From the NCBI RefSeq assembly GCF_009914755.1, contig NC_060932.1: a stretch of 64,000 nucleotides of DNA; one strand, given 5' to 3'. The notes under the pieces were generated by a model that was given only the letters and a program-made list of their open reading frames with translations, did not search any database and had not been told where the DNA came from. A program made the translations under genes and the position numbers. Below are positions 18,306-31,372 of this stretch, in pieces; the first letter of the stretch is position 1; every line of letters starts with the position of its first letter. This stretch comes from the human T2T-CHM13v2.0 reference genome, Homo sapiens.

Positions 18306-19666
18306 CTTTCCTGCCTTTTTAGCACCAACTTGTAAGCAAGTAATTTATCTCCTCTGCAAATTCATTTTGTAAAAATTTTCCACATAATCCTTGCCTATTT
18401 TTCTTTGTTCTTCCATCTTCCATTCCTTCTCCCTTGGCATATTTCTGATGAGTTTTATTCTTTCCTTGCTTTTAGATTACATCTTTTTTTTTTAACTAAT
18501 ACTTTGGCATCATAATTTCCTCTTGTAGAATAATGGCCATTGACTGTTTTACTCTAATTTTGCTTTGGCTTCTCTTTAATTTTTCATTCTGTTGTGCTAT
18601 TTTCTTGTTCTTTATTTAACCAGTTAAAGAAGACAAAAGTAAAATCCACATTCAAATACTGTAATATGAATGCATAAAGCATAAAACATCCATTAAACAA
18701 TTTCCTCCTAAATAAACTAATTGAATCTCAGTATTTCAGTCTATATTTTCCCTACTGTCTCTTCAATGCATAAAATTAATAATGCACAAAACTTGTGTCC
18801 TCCCCCAACCACAAGGAAAAAATAAATCTTTACCTTCCCCCCTCTCCCCAATTTCATTTTTAGGTAAGGTAGTTACCATATGGACATGTTAAAAATCACA
18901 TCTAAAATTATATGCAGGCAGATGTTCTGAAAATACTGTTTTTGGAGAAATATTTTTTTTTCTGAAAATCTGGAACATCAGACATGTTCCATCTTTATTT
19001 AATGGAACAGTCTAAACCTTGCTAAAATTATAACTTTCATGATTGATCACATCGTTGATCAAACCAAAGCTATTCTGGCATTAACATCTGTTAATCAGCC
19101 AGATGTTCTCTGTGGTCTCACTGACTGAAGAAAACTCTTTCCCTGCTGGTTAGGGACAAATAGAGAAGTGTTTGGGGTTTGGTTTTGGTTTGGGGCTTTT
19201 TTTTGCAAGGAACTCTTCTCATTGCTGAAGAAAGAGGAGCAAAATAAATTATAAAAAGCAAAAACATATGATGAGTTTCTTTAGATTTGTGCACTGGTCT
19301 ATGGGAGTTGAACATATACAATCTGTGTCTTCTTTGGGTTAATAAATCTGAGCCATTTGTGACATCAATTACAGTCTTATATTAAAAGAGCATATTTGGA
19401 GTTTCAGTGACACAACAAAATAAAAACTACTTGTAAACCACAGCTCTTCACCTATTTTATAACTCAGTTTCTTACCAATCCTTGGCTTGTCCAAGTAAAA
19501 TGTCAATATGTAAATTTACCTACCAGCAGTAATGGCAAATTCTCAGTAAGTGATTCATAATTAAAATATCTTTAGTGACATCCAGGCAGAATTGTTTTTT
19601 TTAAATGCTCCAACAAACTTAACCTTACACCCTTGATATAAAAGAGAAAAAGTGCTGCGGAGAGAA

Positions 19667-19696
19667 AGGAAGGAAAGAAGGAAGGAAGGAAGGAAG
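19667..19696. repeat. (GGAA)n microsatellite
   Basis: aaggaaggaaagaaggaaggaaggaaggaag. Confidence 0.8.
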
Positions 19697-20194
19697 ATAG
19701 TATTTGATTTATTTATTCCTAAGGATGTCTCAAATCAACATTGGGCACCAAGTTATCTTTAGGAAGTATGAAGAAAATTTAATTTTTTTTCAATCTTGCT
19801 TCAAATCACATTCTGTGCCTAATATTTACATATGTCATGCTTTAAATAAACCTAAAAGAGCATTAGAGTTATAAGCTAGAAAACATTTTAGCCTTAGAAG
19901 TCTAAAGGAAAAAAGATAATGGGTTATGTTAAAGATTGGCCTTGGGGTTATGGAAAACTGAGGCGATATTTGCACATTTTAGGCCCTGACTTCTTGTAGC
20001 AGCAGTTATCAGACCAGCCTCATATCAACCTCCTCCCTCCTTTCTTTGCCCACTACTTGCATCTGAATCCCTGACCAGGTAAGCCTGCCAGGGCAAGGGA
20101 AAAGCAGGACTGCGCATGCCTCCCTGAAGACACTGCTGTTAATATCACAACAGTCCTGCTTTATGCGATCACAGTGTTCTTTTCCTTGCATTCT

Positions 20195-20370
20195 CTCATG
20201 TTCATCCTCACAACAAACCTGTAAGGTAAGCATTATAACACTGACTTCATAGCCAGGGGAACTAAGGCTCAGCGTAGCCAAGTGACCACCCCAGGAATAC
20301 ACATTTGGTGAAGCAGCTGTAATTCTAACCTGGGTCTTCAAATCTCAGGTTAGAGCAGTTCTTTCCCTAT
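20195..20370 (-). mobile_element. MIR remnant
   Basis: atcctcacaacaaacctgtaaggtaag...ggaactaaggctcag...ccaagtgac. Confidence 0.65.
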
Positions 20371-21194
20371 TCTCTAGAGTAAAGGAGGTGGTTCACAGAA
20401 ACAGTGAAAGGTCAGAAAGGATCAGGGCTGAAGAAGCTGACATTTCTTCCTCTGTATCACAAACTCTCTTTTGGAATAATATAACATGGACTCACACCCC
20501 CACACTCTGTTATGCTCACAAATCCAAGATGCTGGGTGCCTAATCTGGGAGGAGGGGCAAGAGGGTGGATGTCTCCAAAGACAGTAGGCTGGCCATGTGA
20601 CTATTGTTTGTCTCTTGTATCCATGGAGAATGAAGGAACAGTGATGAATTTTTGCTCGCAAACAACCATTGAAAAAAAAAAACAAAGAGCCAAAACAATT
20701 TATATTTGTGAGTGATCTTTGCCAGGTGGGACAATTACTGACCTTTTCTAAAGCCACTTGCAGTGTTGAACTGCATGCATCTGTGTTTTACCTTAGAAAA
20801 TCACAATGAGAATTAATAACAGATTTCTTCACAGTAGGAGGGCTGGAGAGACTTTGATTTTGGAGCAGGGACCTGGCAGGCTGTTACCAGTTCTGAGCTT
20901 CTCGTGCATTGTTCTAGTGATGCAATATTTCAGGGTTACAAAAAGCTGGCTTTGAAGGTGAAGTACCCAGGGAGAAATTTGTTCCTTTCCTAGGTAAGCA
21001 AGTGTCCAGCTGCAGCCAAACCCAACTGGGCACATTTTTCCTTTATCTTTTCACAAGCTGACCCTAGACTCAGATGGTAATAAGGGAGAAAGGCACTCCA
21101 TGAGGTCATCTGACTCAAGTTTAATAGTTGTTTATTGTTGTTGTTGTTTTGCCTTTTCTTTAAGTATCCTAATGTATGGTCCCTGGTAAGCTAT

Positions 21195-21400
21195 GTAGCC
21201 TTGTGATTATTAAGTGTCTTTGAGTGGAATATTAAGAGTTTTTGTTTAAATAGCATCTCTACCACTTATTAACCATATGTCTTTCATCTGTTAATGAGGA
21301 TAATGATAACTCACTTTTAGGATGATAGTGAAGATTACAAGAGTAATATTTGTAAAGCACCCAGCACATTGTCTAGCACATAACAAGTGCTTAATAAATC
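21195..21400 (+). mobile_element. MIR remnant
   Basis: tcatctgttaatgaggataatgata...tgtaaagcacccagcacattgtctagcacataacaagtgcttaataaat. Confidence 0.65.
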
Positions 21401-22037
21401 ATAACTCCACAGATAGCATAGGAATGTATGTATAACACAAAGAAAGTTGAATAAACCTCACACACTTAAAAAAGAAAGAAGAAAAAATCCTCCTAAAAAA
21501 AGAATATCACAACTCTAATTCTTTTTGTAAAGTCCCCCTGAAAAACTGCAATCATGTTAGAAATAATAAATATAGCCATAATGTTACATTCCTAGTCCTA
21601 TTTATTTCTCTTCAGTCTGATCAGCCCCCATCGCTGACCGTGATGTCAGCTCTCTTAATTGAACTTGTTAATGGTATTGGCTTGAAGGAATAAGGTAGCA
21701 ACCAATCAGGACATAGCAGGCAAAAGTCTCTTCATGCCTTCCTTACAATTTTAAGAACTTGAATGTCTTGTATACTCAATGGACAATTCAGAACAATGTC
21801 AGGTTGATTTCCCAAAGGATAGAATTTAATGGTATAATCATTGCATATACGGAATACAGAGTCACATGAAAACGAGAGCAAAGCTAGAATGCATTCCTTG
21901 TTTGAAGTTAATTAAAGTTGTAGTGAAACAGCACATAAAACGCTGTCTGCAACCAACTAATTCTTCAATCGTAAAGATGTTGATTTATCTTGCTTCTAGT
22001 GCATATATTTTTCAAGCGTATTTTTCTCCTCGAATTA

Positions 22038-22420
<383 letters not shown>

Positions 22421-22727
22421 TTACCACGGAGACTTAAAATTGGAAGTTTCAAGTACTTCCTGCTGGTCTTTTACATGGCATTCACTTCAGGCTGCAGATA
22501 AAAGGAACAAAACTTTTTTTCCTGTTTTATTTTCCCTCTCAATTTCAGTAAATTTTTTGCCATTAAATACTCCCTGCATCGAGAACAGAGTCTGACTGGC
22601 AATAATTCTATGACTGTTTAGTGAATAAATACATAACGTTCTATTTTTGCTTTCTAAATGGCTTATGCCCAGCTATGTTCTTTTTGTATGATCAGTAAGA
22701 CTCAAGCAACAATTGGATGATCTAAAC

Positions 22728-22840
22728 TGATATGTGAATATATATGATAGATATTTGTATTATATATAACTCTCTCATATATGACATGTATATATGTAAC
22801 ATACATATAAGATATACATACATATATGTGTATACGTGTA
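22728..22840. repeat. Degenerate (TA)n/(TACA)n low-complexity tract
   Basis: Directly visible alternating TA-rich sequence. Confidence 0.7.
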
Positions 22841-25275
22841 CCTGGAAGGATAAAGTCCAAATTCTCTAAGAGTAAAGTCAATACTGTAAGGGTAAAGTCA
22901 AAATTCTCTAACACAGCCTTCAAGGTTCTATGGCGATTGTCTTCTCCATATTTTTGGTACTCCCAAACAATTAGCTTTTTACTCAAGCTATTCACTTTTA
23001 TTTCTCCATCACTTTATTTTTTCTATTTATAAGTTTATAATTATAAAGAATTATGATTTTTTTATCTGCTGTAAAAATTCTACTTATATTTCAAGCCCCA
23101 GAGTCATAGATGTCCTCTACAGTATGTTCTGTAATTCCAAGGTCAAAATTGATTCTTCTATCCATTGTACTTGTAACACTCTGGCCATATGGTTAACCTT
23201 AGTTCTGAACATGCTTGTCTTCCCATTATTTTGAGAGATTCTTAAGCCAAGTAGCAATGTCTTTTTCCAGTGTTTATTCTCTAGTTCTTTAGACCAGGCT
23301 TTATCCTTAAAAGAAGGACACAATAAACATTCAGGAAATGATTGAGGAAATGAATGAATGTACAAAAGCAATGTCAAACATGATTTCCATATGAAACATG
23401 TTGCTTGGCACTGGTGTTTATGAAAATGGCTCATGGTATAATCTGTGCTTTCAAAACAGAGTCTCATGGTTTCTCTCTGTATATTCCAACTCATCAAAGA
23501 TTTGTTGCTGTTTTTTGTACAGTTGTTCATTTATTTCAACTCTTTGAAGAGGTTGGAGTTCAAAGCTGCCTTTTACCTTTTTTCATATTTTATGATATAT
23601 TTTAGGCTGTTCTTGAATTAAGATGCATAAACCACTTACCCTAGAAAATGCGTAAGAGATCAAAGTAAAATACCTCTGGAGAGTTCAATTAAGAATTAGG
23701 AAAGGGTCATCATTTTACCATATAATTGTTTCTATTGTATCTTTCAAAGCCAAAATAATCTTTCTATGCTTTTCCAGACAATCATCGTCCACTCCTTCTT
23801 ATAAACTCATATAGCATGGTGTATCACTCATTTGCTAATTAATCTCTGTCTCATATATATTCTGTATTACCACCTACTACTACTATGCATTCTTCTTTCA
23901 TTTAATTTCAATATTACAGATATCTTATTTCCTCAGTAGAGTTTAAACTCTTTGAGTACAAAATCTCCTTCAGAAATTAGTGGTCTGCTTCATGTATTAT
24001 TCAAATATTCAAATAATAATTCATTTTTGCTTTGTTTTAAACTTTAGAACATACGGTGAAATATTCATGTTAGTGTTATTTGGGGGAGGGGTGTCATTTC
24101 TTTTGCTTAGTTTGGCTAATTTCGCTCTCTGTTATATGTTCAGCCTTTGCTGTTTTTTGTTTTTTGTTTTTTACTTTTGCAATGGTGATCAAGGCACTTA
24201 AGTCCAGCAAGCTACACTTGATGTATTTTGATTGAACAGGAATTGTTTGGTGGGACGATACTAAGGGAAATCATCTTGTGATTCATATTATTTTGCTCAG
24301 GATTTGAATGATTAAGCATACATGGTTCTAGAATTGGTTCTGAGAAATAACAAAAAAGACAAGAAAAGATTCATGCTGCATTAATAATAATGGAGTTTAA
24401 ATGTCAAGTCTGATTTTTAACTCACAATTTTTGCTACTCCGTGCCCTGGTGTAGTCTACTATTATTTTACCCATTTTGCTGTTTGTGTTTACTATACATA
24501 CTGGAAGGAAGAAAGTTGCTTCCTTCATGCCTGTCTATTTGTCTCAGGTTTTTAGATTCATATCTGATTTCAATGAAGAAGAACTGAAAGTAAATGAGGG
24601 GCTTCCATGGGATCCTTGAGGCTGTTTAACTATGAATAAATAAATGATGGTGAGAACCGTGGTTAAATAGTGTCAGTAAGCCTGTAGCAACTTGGGGTGG
24701 GAGAGCATGTTAAGGAGAAGCAAAAGTAGTCTCTCTGCTTCTCACCATCAACTTTGACTGTAGGCTGCGTGGAATACCAAAATGACCCATAGCCTTTCCT
24801 TCTCCACTCACTTTGAGTTTGGGCTGGGCTGGGGGAGGAGGAAGTAGGCAGGTAATTAGGAGGAGCAGGTAGAATTAAAACTATCCATAAGAAAATTAGA
24901 ACACAAATATTGTTAATTATCTCTCTTTCTCTTCTCACCTGCCACCAAAAAAAAAAAAAAAAAAAAAAAAAATCACAAGAGACTCCAGTTACATTTGGAA
25001 TGAAAAGTTAAGGAAAGATTGGTAGCCAATGTGTTTTTCTGAATTTTCTGCAAAGCAGCTCCATTCCAATGTCAACACTGCCATAATGCCTTGTCAAGCA
25101 TCCACTAAAGAAACCATCTATACAACTGTATCACCCTGCCTAAGACGTGGTGGGTGGACAGTTTTCTGCTGTGGAATGTCAGTGTGCAACCTGCTCATCA
25201 AGCCCTCTGAAATTCCTAAGCCAGAAAGACTGCTACAGAATAGAACTCTTTATTTGAATGCTGAAAGCTCAGTAC

Positions 25276-25311
25276 CTTTAAGGAGGTCCAAACTTCCTTC
25301 CCTGCAAACAC
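25276..25311 (-). other. Candidate 36-nt exon (or start of a terminal exon) of an unidentified minus-strand transcript
   Basis: Minus strand ccttctcttttttctctctgtcag|G acceptor; AAG|GTACTG donor at 25276/25275; AATAAA near 25248-25253. Confidence 0.25.
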
Positions 25312-27081
25312 CTGACAGAGAGAAAAAAGAGAAGGCTACTGATAGGGTTTCCCAAGGGTGAAAATCTTTGTTAATATTTGTTAGCAACATGAAACTGGGA
25401 ATCCCCAGGCAGCATTTCTGTTCATTTAGCCTGCAAAATCCTCTCATTGTCCTTTTGCATATAATGGAGTTAATTCCCAGAGCCTGCGCTAAACTAACAC
25501 ACGATGACAACTTCCTCAGCTGGACCTGGGGAGCTTGCAGTGTGAGGTTCAAGAGACGATGATACCTGTCCCACTGTTTTCTAGCAGTGATGAACAATAC
25601 AAACAAACTTTTTGAAATCTGCCTTTTGCATTTTGCAAAAGGCCAGTTTGCATTGGTCCGTCCTCTGCCGCTTGTTACCGATAGGTGGAGCTGCTGCAAA
25701 GCAGATCAATGCATATACATGTACAGCGCCTACAGGACTATGTTCAACAGATAGCCGCTGAGACATGCATGCACTCTGGCATATCCTGACAGCTATCAGA
25801 GAAACCAGCCTTAATTCTGTCACCAAAAGTGATATTTATTCACTACGTAGGGGATTCATCCACAAATTAAAAGAGTATGTATTTGCCCAAGATCCAAATC
25901 TTGACCTTCACTTAAATAAACCTAGACTTTTCTTTAATCATTTTTGAGTTCTTTTCCTTAAATGAACTTAACTATAATTGACTTCATTAAAATATTTTAC
26001 AAATATTCATTACAGTACAATTTCTTCAGCAAGTCCTACTGTTAGAGCATTGTTGTGGTCTGTTTTAACATATGACAAACAAAACTTCATTTATTTTCCC
26101 TGCTTACCAGGCATAGTTCTTCTGGGCTTTGAGAACAATACTATTTAATGATGCCATGGACCCTAGGCAAGAACAGAAGCTCTGACTTCAGTATTCTATC
26201 CAACAGAGGGAAGGAAAAAAATCAAAACCAGATCAAAGCACGTACACACACACGTACATACATAGACACATACATGTATATGAATGTATCTATCTTTCCT
26301 ACAAAAATGTGCCCATGTGTTTTACTATATATCTTTTCATATCTTGACAGGAGAAGTGTAGTCATTTTATTGAAATTGTGTGCATAAAGATAAAGCCAGC
26401 TTAAAAGAACAGCAAGGAGTTGAACATTACTTCAATTCATCTGAAATGAGTTGTTGATCAACTAAAAAGAAGCTGTGAGGAAAGAAATGCTAAATAAAGC
26501 CAACTGTCCTGCCTTACCTATAGTTGTCTATTTCTCTTCTCCAATTATGGGGCTTATTAGCCAGTGAGTGATATTGGAGCTCAGTTTCCTGGAATTATGA
26601 TTCCATGGGGAAAATAACATGGACCTGTACAAACTTCCAAGCCTGCAAGACATCTCTGAATTGTTTCTGCCATACAAAAATGACCTAAAGCCTTCCAAAA
26701 TTGGTACTGAATATTTTTGCTTATAATTCTGGCAAGACATAAATTTCCAATGACACCCAATGTAACTTTCCCTGAAATCATTCACTTCCTCAAGAAGCTA
26801 CTGAACTATCTAAGTTTAGGTAGATAAACTAAACTTAACTATCCAAAAGCCAGCCATATACTTTCTCCATAATTTAATGGGGTTAGGCAAATGTTAACTT
26901 CACAAGCATGGAAGGCCTGGGCAGAACAATAGTAAGCAAAGTGCCAGGTAAATATCAAGAGCAATGGCCCACATGAAAGTTATTAGAACTCAGTTGGCCT
27001 CAACTCTAGTTTCATCACCAGTGGAGCTTGTTTATTCCTGCCAAGCTCAGCCTTTCTAAAAGAGTCATCTCCTCAGAAACG

Positions 27082-27305
27082 TAACATAGGAAAAGGCAGA
27101 CTTCCTGAAACTAGATATTTTAAAATATTAATCATGGAACCTTGGTTAATGGAATACCTTAAGAACGCCCAGAAACCTACGATGGTTCCCAGCTTAGGTT
27201 TTAGATTCAGTGAACACTGAACTGAGTTTGCCAACCCTGTTGCAAGGTTCCATGATTAATATTTTAAAATATCTAGTTTCAGGAAGTCTGCCTTTTCCTA
27301 TGTTA
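27082..27305. repeat. Perfect 63-bp inverted repeat with 98-bp spacer
   Basis: 27082-27144 is the exact reverse complement of 27243-27305 (checked base by base). Confidence 0.95.
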
Positions 27306-28204
27306 GGTAAATAATGCATTTTCACATAAGAGAAATGTGATAGTATTGGGGAAATTGCTCCAAAACCATGACCTCCATCCCAATGGAAAATTATTGAACC
27401 ATAAATTCAATATTGTGAAAATCAATTCCTAAACCTCCTACAGCTGAATGTTTATTCAGTTCAGTCCTGTTTCCATGCATGCTACTCTATGTTTCTCCAA
27501 ATAATGTCTTTTAAACTAACTCATAGTTTTCTTTTTTTTAAAAAAAAAAAAAAAGATTATCTTCCATTTCTAAAGACAAGGAATATTTGAAACCCAATTA
27601 AATTTTTTTTCTCTTGATAATGCAGACATTTTCTAAAAGTCACCTTTCAGTCAATGCAGGGTCTACCTTAGATAGCCATTGACAAATTATATTTCTGATC
27701 TCTAGTTCTCTCCCTTTGTTTCCCTACTCCTTATTCTACACATTAGATTTAAAGGAAAATAAAACACAAAGATGCTTGGGCTCACTCCGAGATATTCTTG
27801 TTCACTTGCTGTGCAGGCAAGAGATTTTAGAATCAGAGATCCAGTGAAAGACTATCGTTTATTGAATTTTCTCTGAACAATACATTGTCAAAGCATCATT
27901 TCAGAAAACCTATGACACATTCATTGGTCTCATGAATTTTTATTAAGTTCTTAGTCAGTGGGGCAAATTAAATTTTAAGGTAGTGGTTATAAAGGCTGTA
28001 ATTCTTCAAAGTGATTCATCTCAATCACAGAAGAATATTCTTAATAGCACTCATCACCTTCTAAAAGTATTTAATTGTATCATGTTTATTTTCTCTCCCC
28101 TCCAACTGAATGAAATTTTACAAAGAACATTGGAATGGTACTTGATACATCATAGGGATTCAACAAGAAATGATGATAAATAAATACATTAAACACTATA
28201 CCAA

Positions 28205-29404
28205 ACATTGTGGCATTACATATGGATGCCACATAGAAAGTTAATTAATCCTCATTCACTGGTAGTGGGAATGCAAAGTGGTACGGACAGTTTTGAAACT
28301 AGTTTACCAGTTTCCTATGAAATAAAACAAACACTGTATTACTCAGCAGTGAAACTCAGCTCTCTCACTTCTGGGTATTTGGCCAGTGAATTGAAAACTT
28401 ATGTCCACAAAAGAACCTGTACATAAGCTTTATTCATAATTACCCAAAACTGGAAACAACCGAGATATCTTCCAGTAGGTAGACAGATAAGCAAACTCTC
28501 GTACATCCATGCAATGGAATATTACTCAGCAATAAAAAGGAATGAGCTATTGATGAAACATGAATTCATTTTTCTAACAAAGGAAATTTAGATCCAAAAA
28601 ACTGTACATGGTGTAGTTCACTTAAGTAACAGTCTTGAGGAAGCAAAACCATGGAAGCAGAAAACAAATGAGCATTTGTTAGAGAGATTTGAGGAGGGTA
28701 GAGGCTGACCACATGGAAGCACATAGGGAATTTATAGGGTGATAGAACAATTCTGTATGTACTGCAGAGGCATATAAATGACTCTATGCACCCATCAAAA
28801 CCATAGAACTATACGCCATAAAAACTGAAAGTCACTACATGCAAATTAAAACAAATGAATAAATAAAAACAGTAGGGCAATCCTAGATGGAATACAGACT
28901 CTGATAAATGAAATTAACTATATTAGGATTAGGTGAGAAAACCTCACTGAAAGGAGTGGGACAAAAAAATGAGCTGGCTTAAGTAACTTTGGTAAACAGT
29001 GTATTGACTGGAAAATACAGGACTTAAAGACAAGAAAAAAGATCTGTATGCAAGCACTACACTGTAGTGGGAATTTGTGTCTTTCAGGGGTACAGCCTAA
29101 CAATTCTGAAATTACATGTTTAGAATTTAACAAACAAGTAAATGAATTGTAAGTAATGGGGGAGCCAAATTTCTCACTGTCAGCAAAAGAAGCTATAAAT
29201 AATCAAATGGAAGGTGGATTAGAGTAAGAGATGTAGTATAAATTCATTTTATTTATTTATTTAGATAGAGATAGATAGATGTTTGTATACATGGGGTAGT
29301 ATTCATACAGATATATTTCGCAGTTCTGTGCACTGAGATGGCCTAAAAGCAGTGACAGCGCAGTAGCAGTAAGTACCACTAACATCATATCTTGATTTCT
29401 AAAT
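28205..29404 (+). mobile_element. L1MC/MD-type 3' region, first part
   Basis: tgggaatgcaaagtggtac, gaattgaaaacttatgtccacaaaagaacctgtaca, cccatcaaaaccatagaactatac; resumes near 31433. Confidence 0.75.
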
Positions 29405-31372
29405 ATAAGTTGAACTATCGCTTTTCACAGATGATATAATTCTGCATCTAGAAAACCCCATAGACTCCATCAAAAGGCTTCTAGAAGTGATAAATGATTT
29501 CAGTAAAGTTTTGGGATACAAAATCAATGTACAAAATTAGTAGCATTTCTGTACAACAATAACATCCAAGCTCAGAGCCGAATCAAAATGGCAATCCCAT
29601 TTATAATAGCCACAAAAAGAATAAAATACCTAGGAATAGAGCTCACCAAGGAGACGAAAGATCTCTACAATAAGAATTACAAAACACTCTTGAAAGAATT
29701 CAGAGATGACACAAACAAACAAAAAAAATTCCATGTTCATGGATAGCAAGAATCAATATTGTTAAAATGGCCATACTGCCCAAAGCAATTTATAGATTCA
29801 ATGTCATTACTATCGAACTATGAAAGTCATTTTTTACATACCTACAAAAAACTATTCTAAAATTTATATGGAACCAAAAAAGAGCCTGAATTGCTAAAGC
29901 AATCCTAAGCAAAAAGAACAAACCCAGAGGCATCATACTACCCAAACTTCAAATTATCCTATAAGGCTACAGTAACCAAAACAGCATGGTACCACTATAA
30001 AAACAGACACATAGACCAATGGAACAAAACAGAGAACCCAGAAATAAAGCCACATGCCTACAAATCATCTTATCTTCAACAAAGTCAATAATAACTAACA
30101 ATGAGGAAAGGATTCCCTATTCAATCAATGGTGCTGGGATAACTGGCTAGCCATATGCAGAAGATTGAAAGGTGGACCCCTTTCTTTCACTATATACAAT
30201 AATTAACTTGAGATGGATTAGAGACTTAAATGAAAGACCTAAATCAATAAGAATCCTAGAAGAAAACCTAGGAAATAATCATTCTGGATGTTAGCCTTGA
30301 CAAAGAATATATGACTCTGCAAGTCATCAAAAGCAATTGCAAGAAAGACAAAAATTGATGAGTGTGACCAATGAAAGACCTTCTGCACAGCAAAAGAAAC
30401 TATCATCAAAATAAACAGACAACCTATAGATGTGGGAAAATATTTACAAACTATGCATCTAACAAAGGTCTAATATCCAGAATCTAAAAGGACCTTAAAC
30501 AAATAGCAAGCATTAAACAAATTACCTCATTAAAAATGGGCAAAGGACATGAACAGGCACTTCTCAAAAGAAGACACATATGCAGACAACAAATTCATGA
30601 AAAATTGCTCATCATCATGAATCATTAGAGAAATACAAATCAAAACCACCATGAGATAACTATCTTACACTAGTCAGAATGGCTACTATTAAAAAGTCAA
30701 AAAGCAACAAATGCTAGCAAATCTGTGTAGAAAAGGGGACAGTTATATACTCTTAGTGGGAATGTAAATTAATCACTGTGGAAAGCTGTGTGGAGAATTC
30801 TCAAAGAACTTAAAACAGAACTACATTTGATGCAGCAATCCCAATATTGGGTATCTATCCAAAGAAAATAAATCATTCTACCAAAAAGACACATGCATAC
30901 ATACATTCATGATAGCACTATACACAATAGCAAACATATGGAATTAACCAAAATGCCTATCAGGAGTAGACTAGATAAGAAAATGTGGTATATATACACC
31001 ATAGAATATTATGCAGCCATAAAAATGAATAAAATCCTGTCCTTTGCAGCAACATGGATGGAGCTGAAGGCAGTTATCACTGGCCTCATTGTAGAACTAA
31101 TGCAGAAACAGAAAGCCAAATATCACATGTTCTCACTTATAAGTGGGAGCTAAACACTGAATACACACAAACACAAAGATGGGAAAAATAGACACTGGGG
31201 ACTGCTTGAGGTGGGAGGGTGGGAAGGGAACATGGGTTGGAAGGCTACATATGGGGCACTATGCTCAATATCTTGGTAACAGGATTAGTTTTACATCAAG
31301 CATCAGTGACACACAATCGACTCATGTAACAAGTGTTTACATGTATCCCCAAACCTAAAATAAAAGTAGGAA
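29405..31372 (+). mobile_element. 5'-truncated L1PA15-17-like LINE-1 (ORF2 RT/C-terminal part plus 3'UTR)
   Basis: Starts near the RT FADD region (ttcacagatgatataattctgcatctagaaaacccc); 3'UTR ending aacctaaaataaaagtagg. Confidence 0.85.

Noticed and set aside
23117-23530. 137-aa minus-strand ORF
   Set aside because: No recognisable domain; partly overlaps L2-like simple sequence (aatgaatgaatg)
25250-25699. 149-aa minus-strand ORF as a gene
   Set aside because: Non-ATG start, no recognisable domain, runs through splice-like pyrimidine tract; compatible with chance
27082-27305. Canonical pre-miRNA or MADE1 MITE
   Set aside because: 98-nt loop is far larger than a typical pre-miRNA loop; arms lack the Hsmar1/MADE1 TIR sequence and TA-flanked structure is not evident
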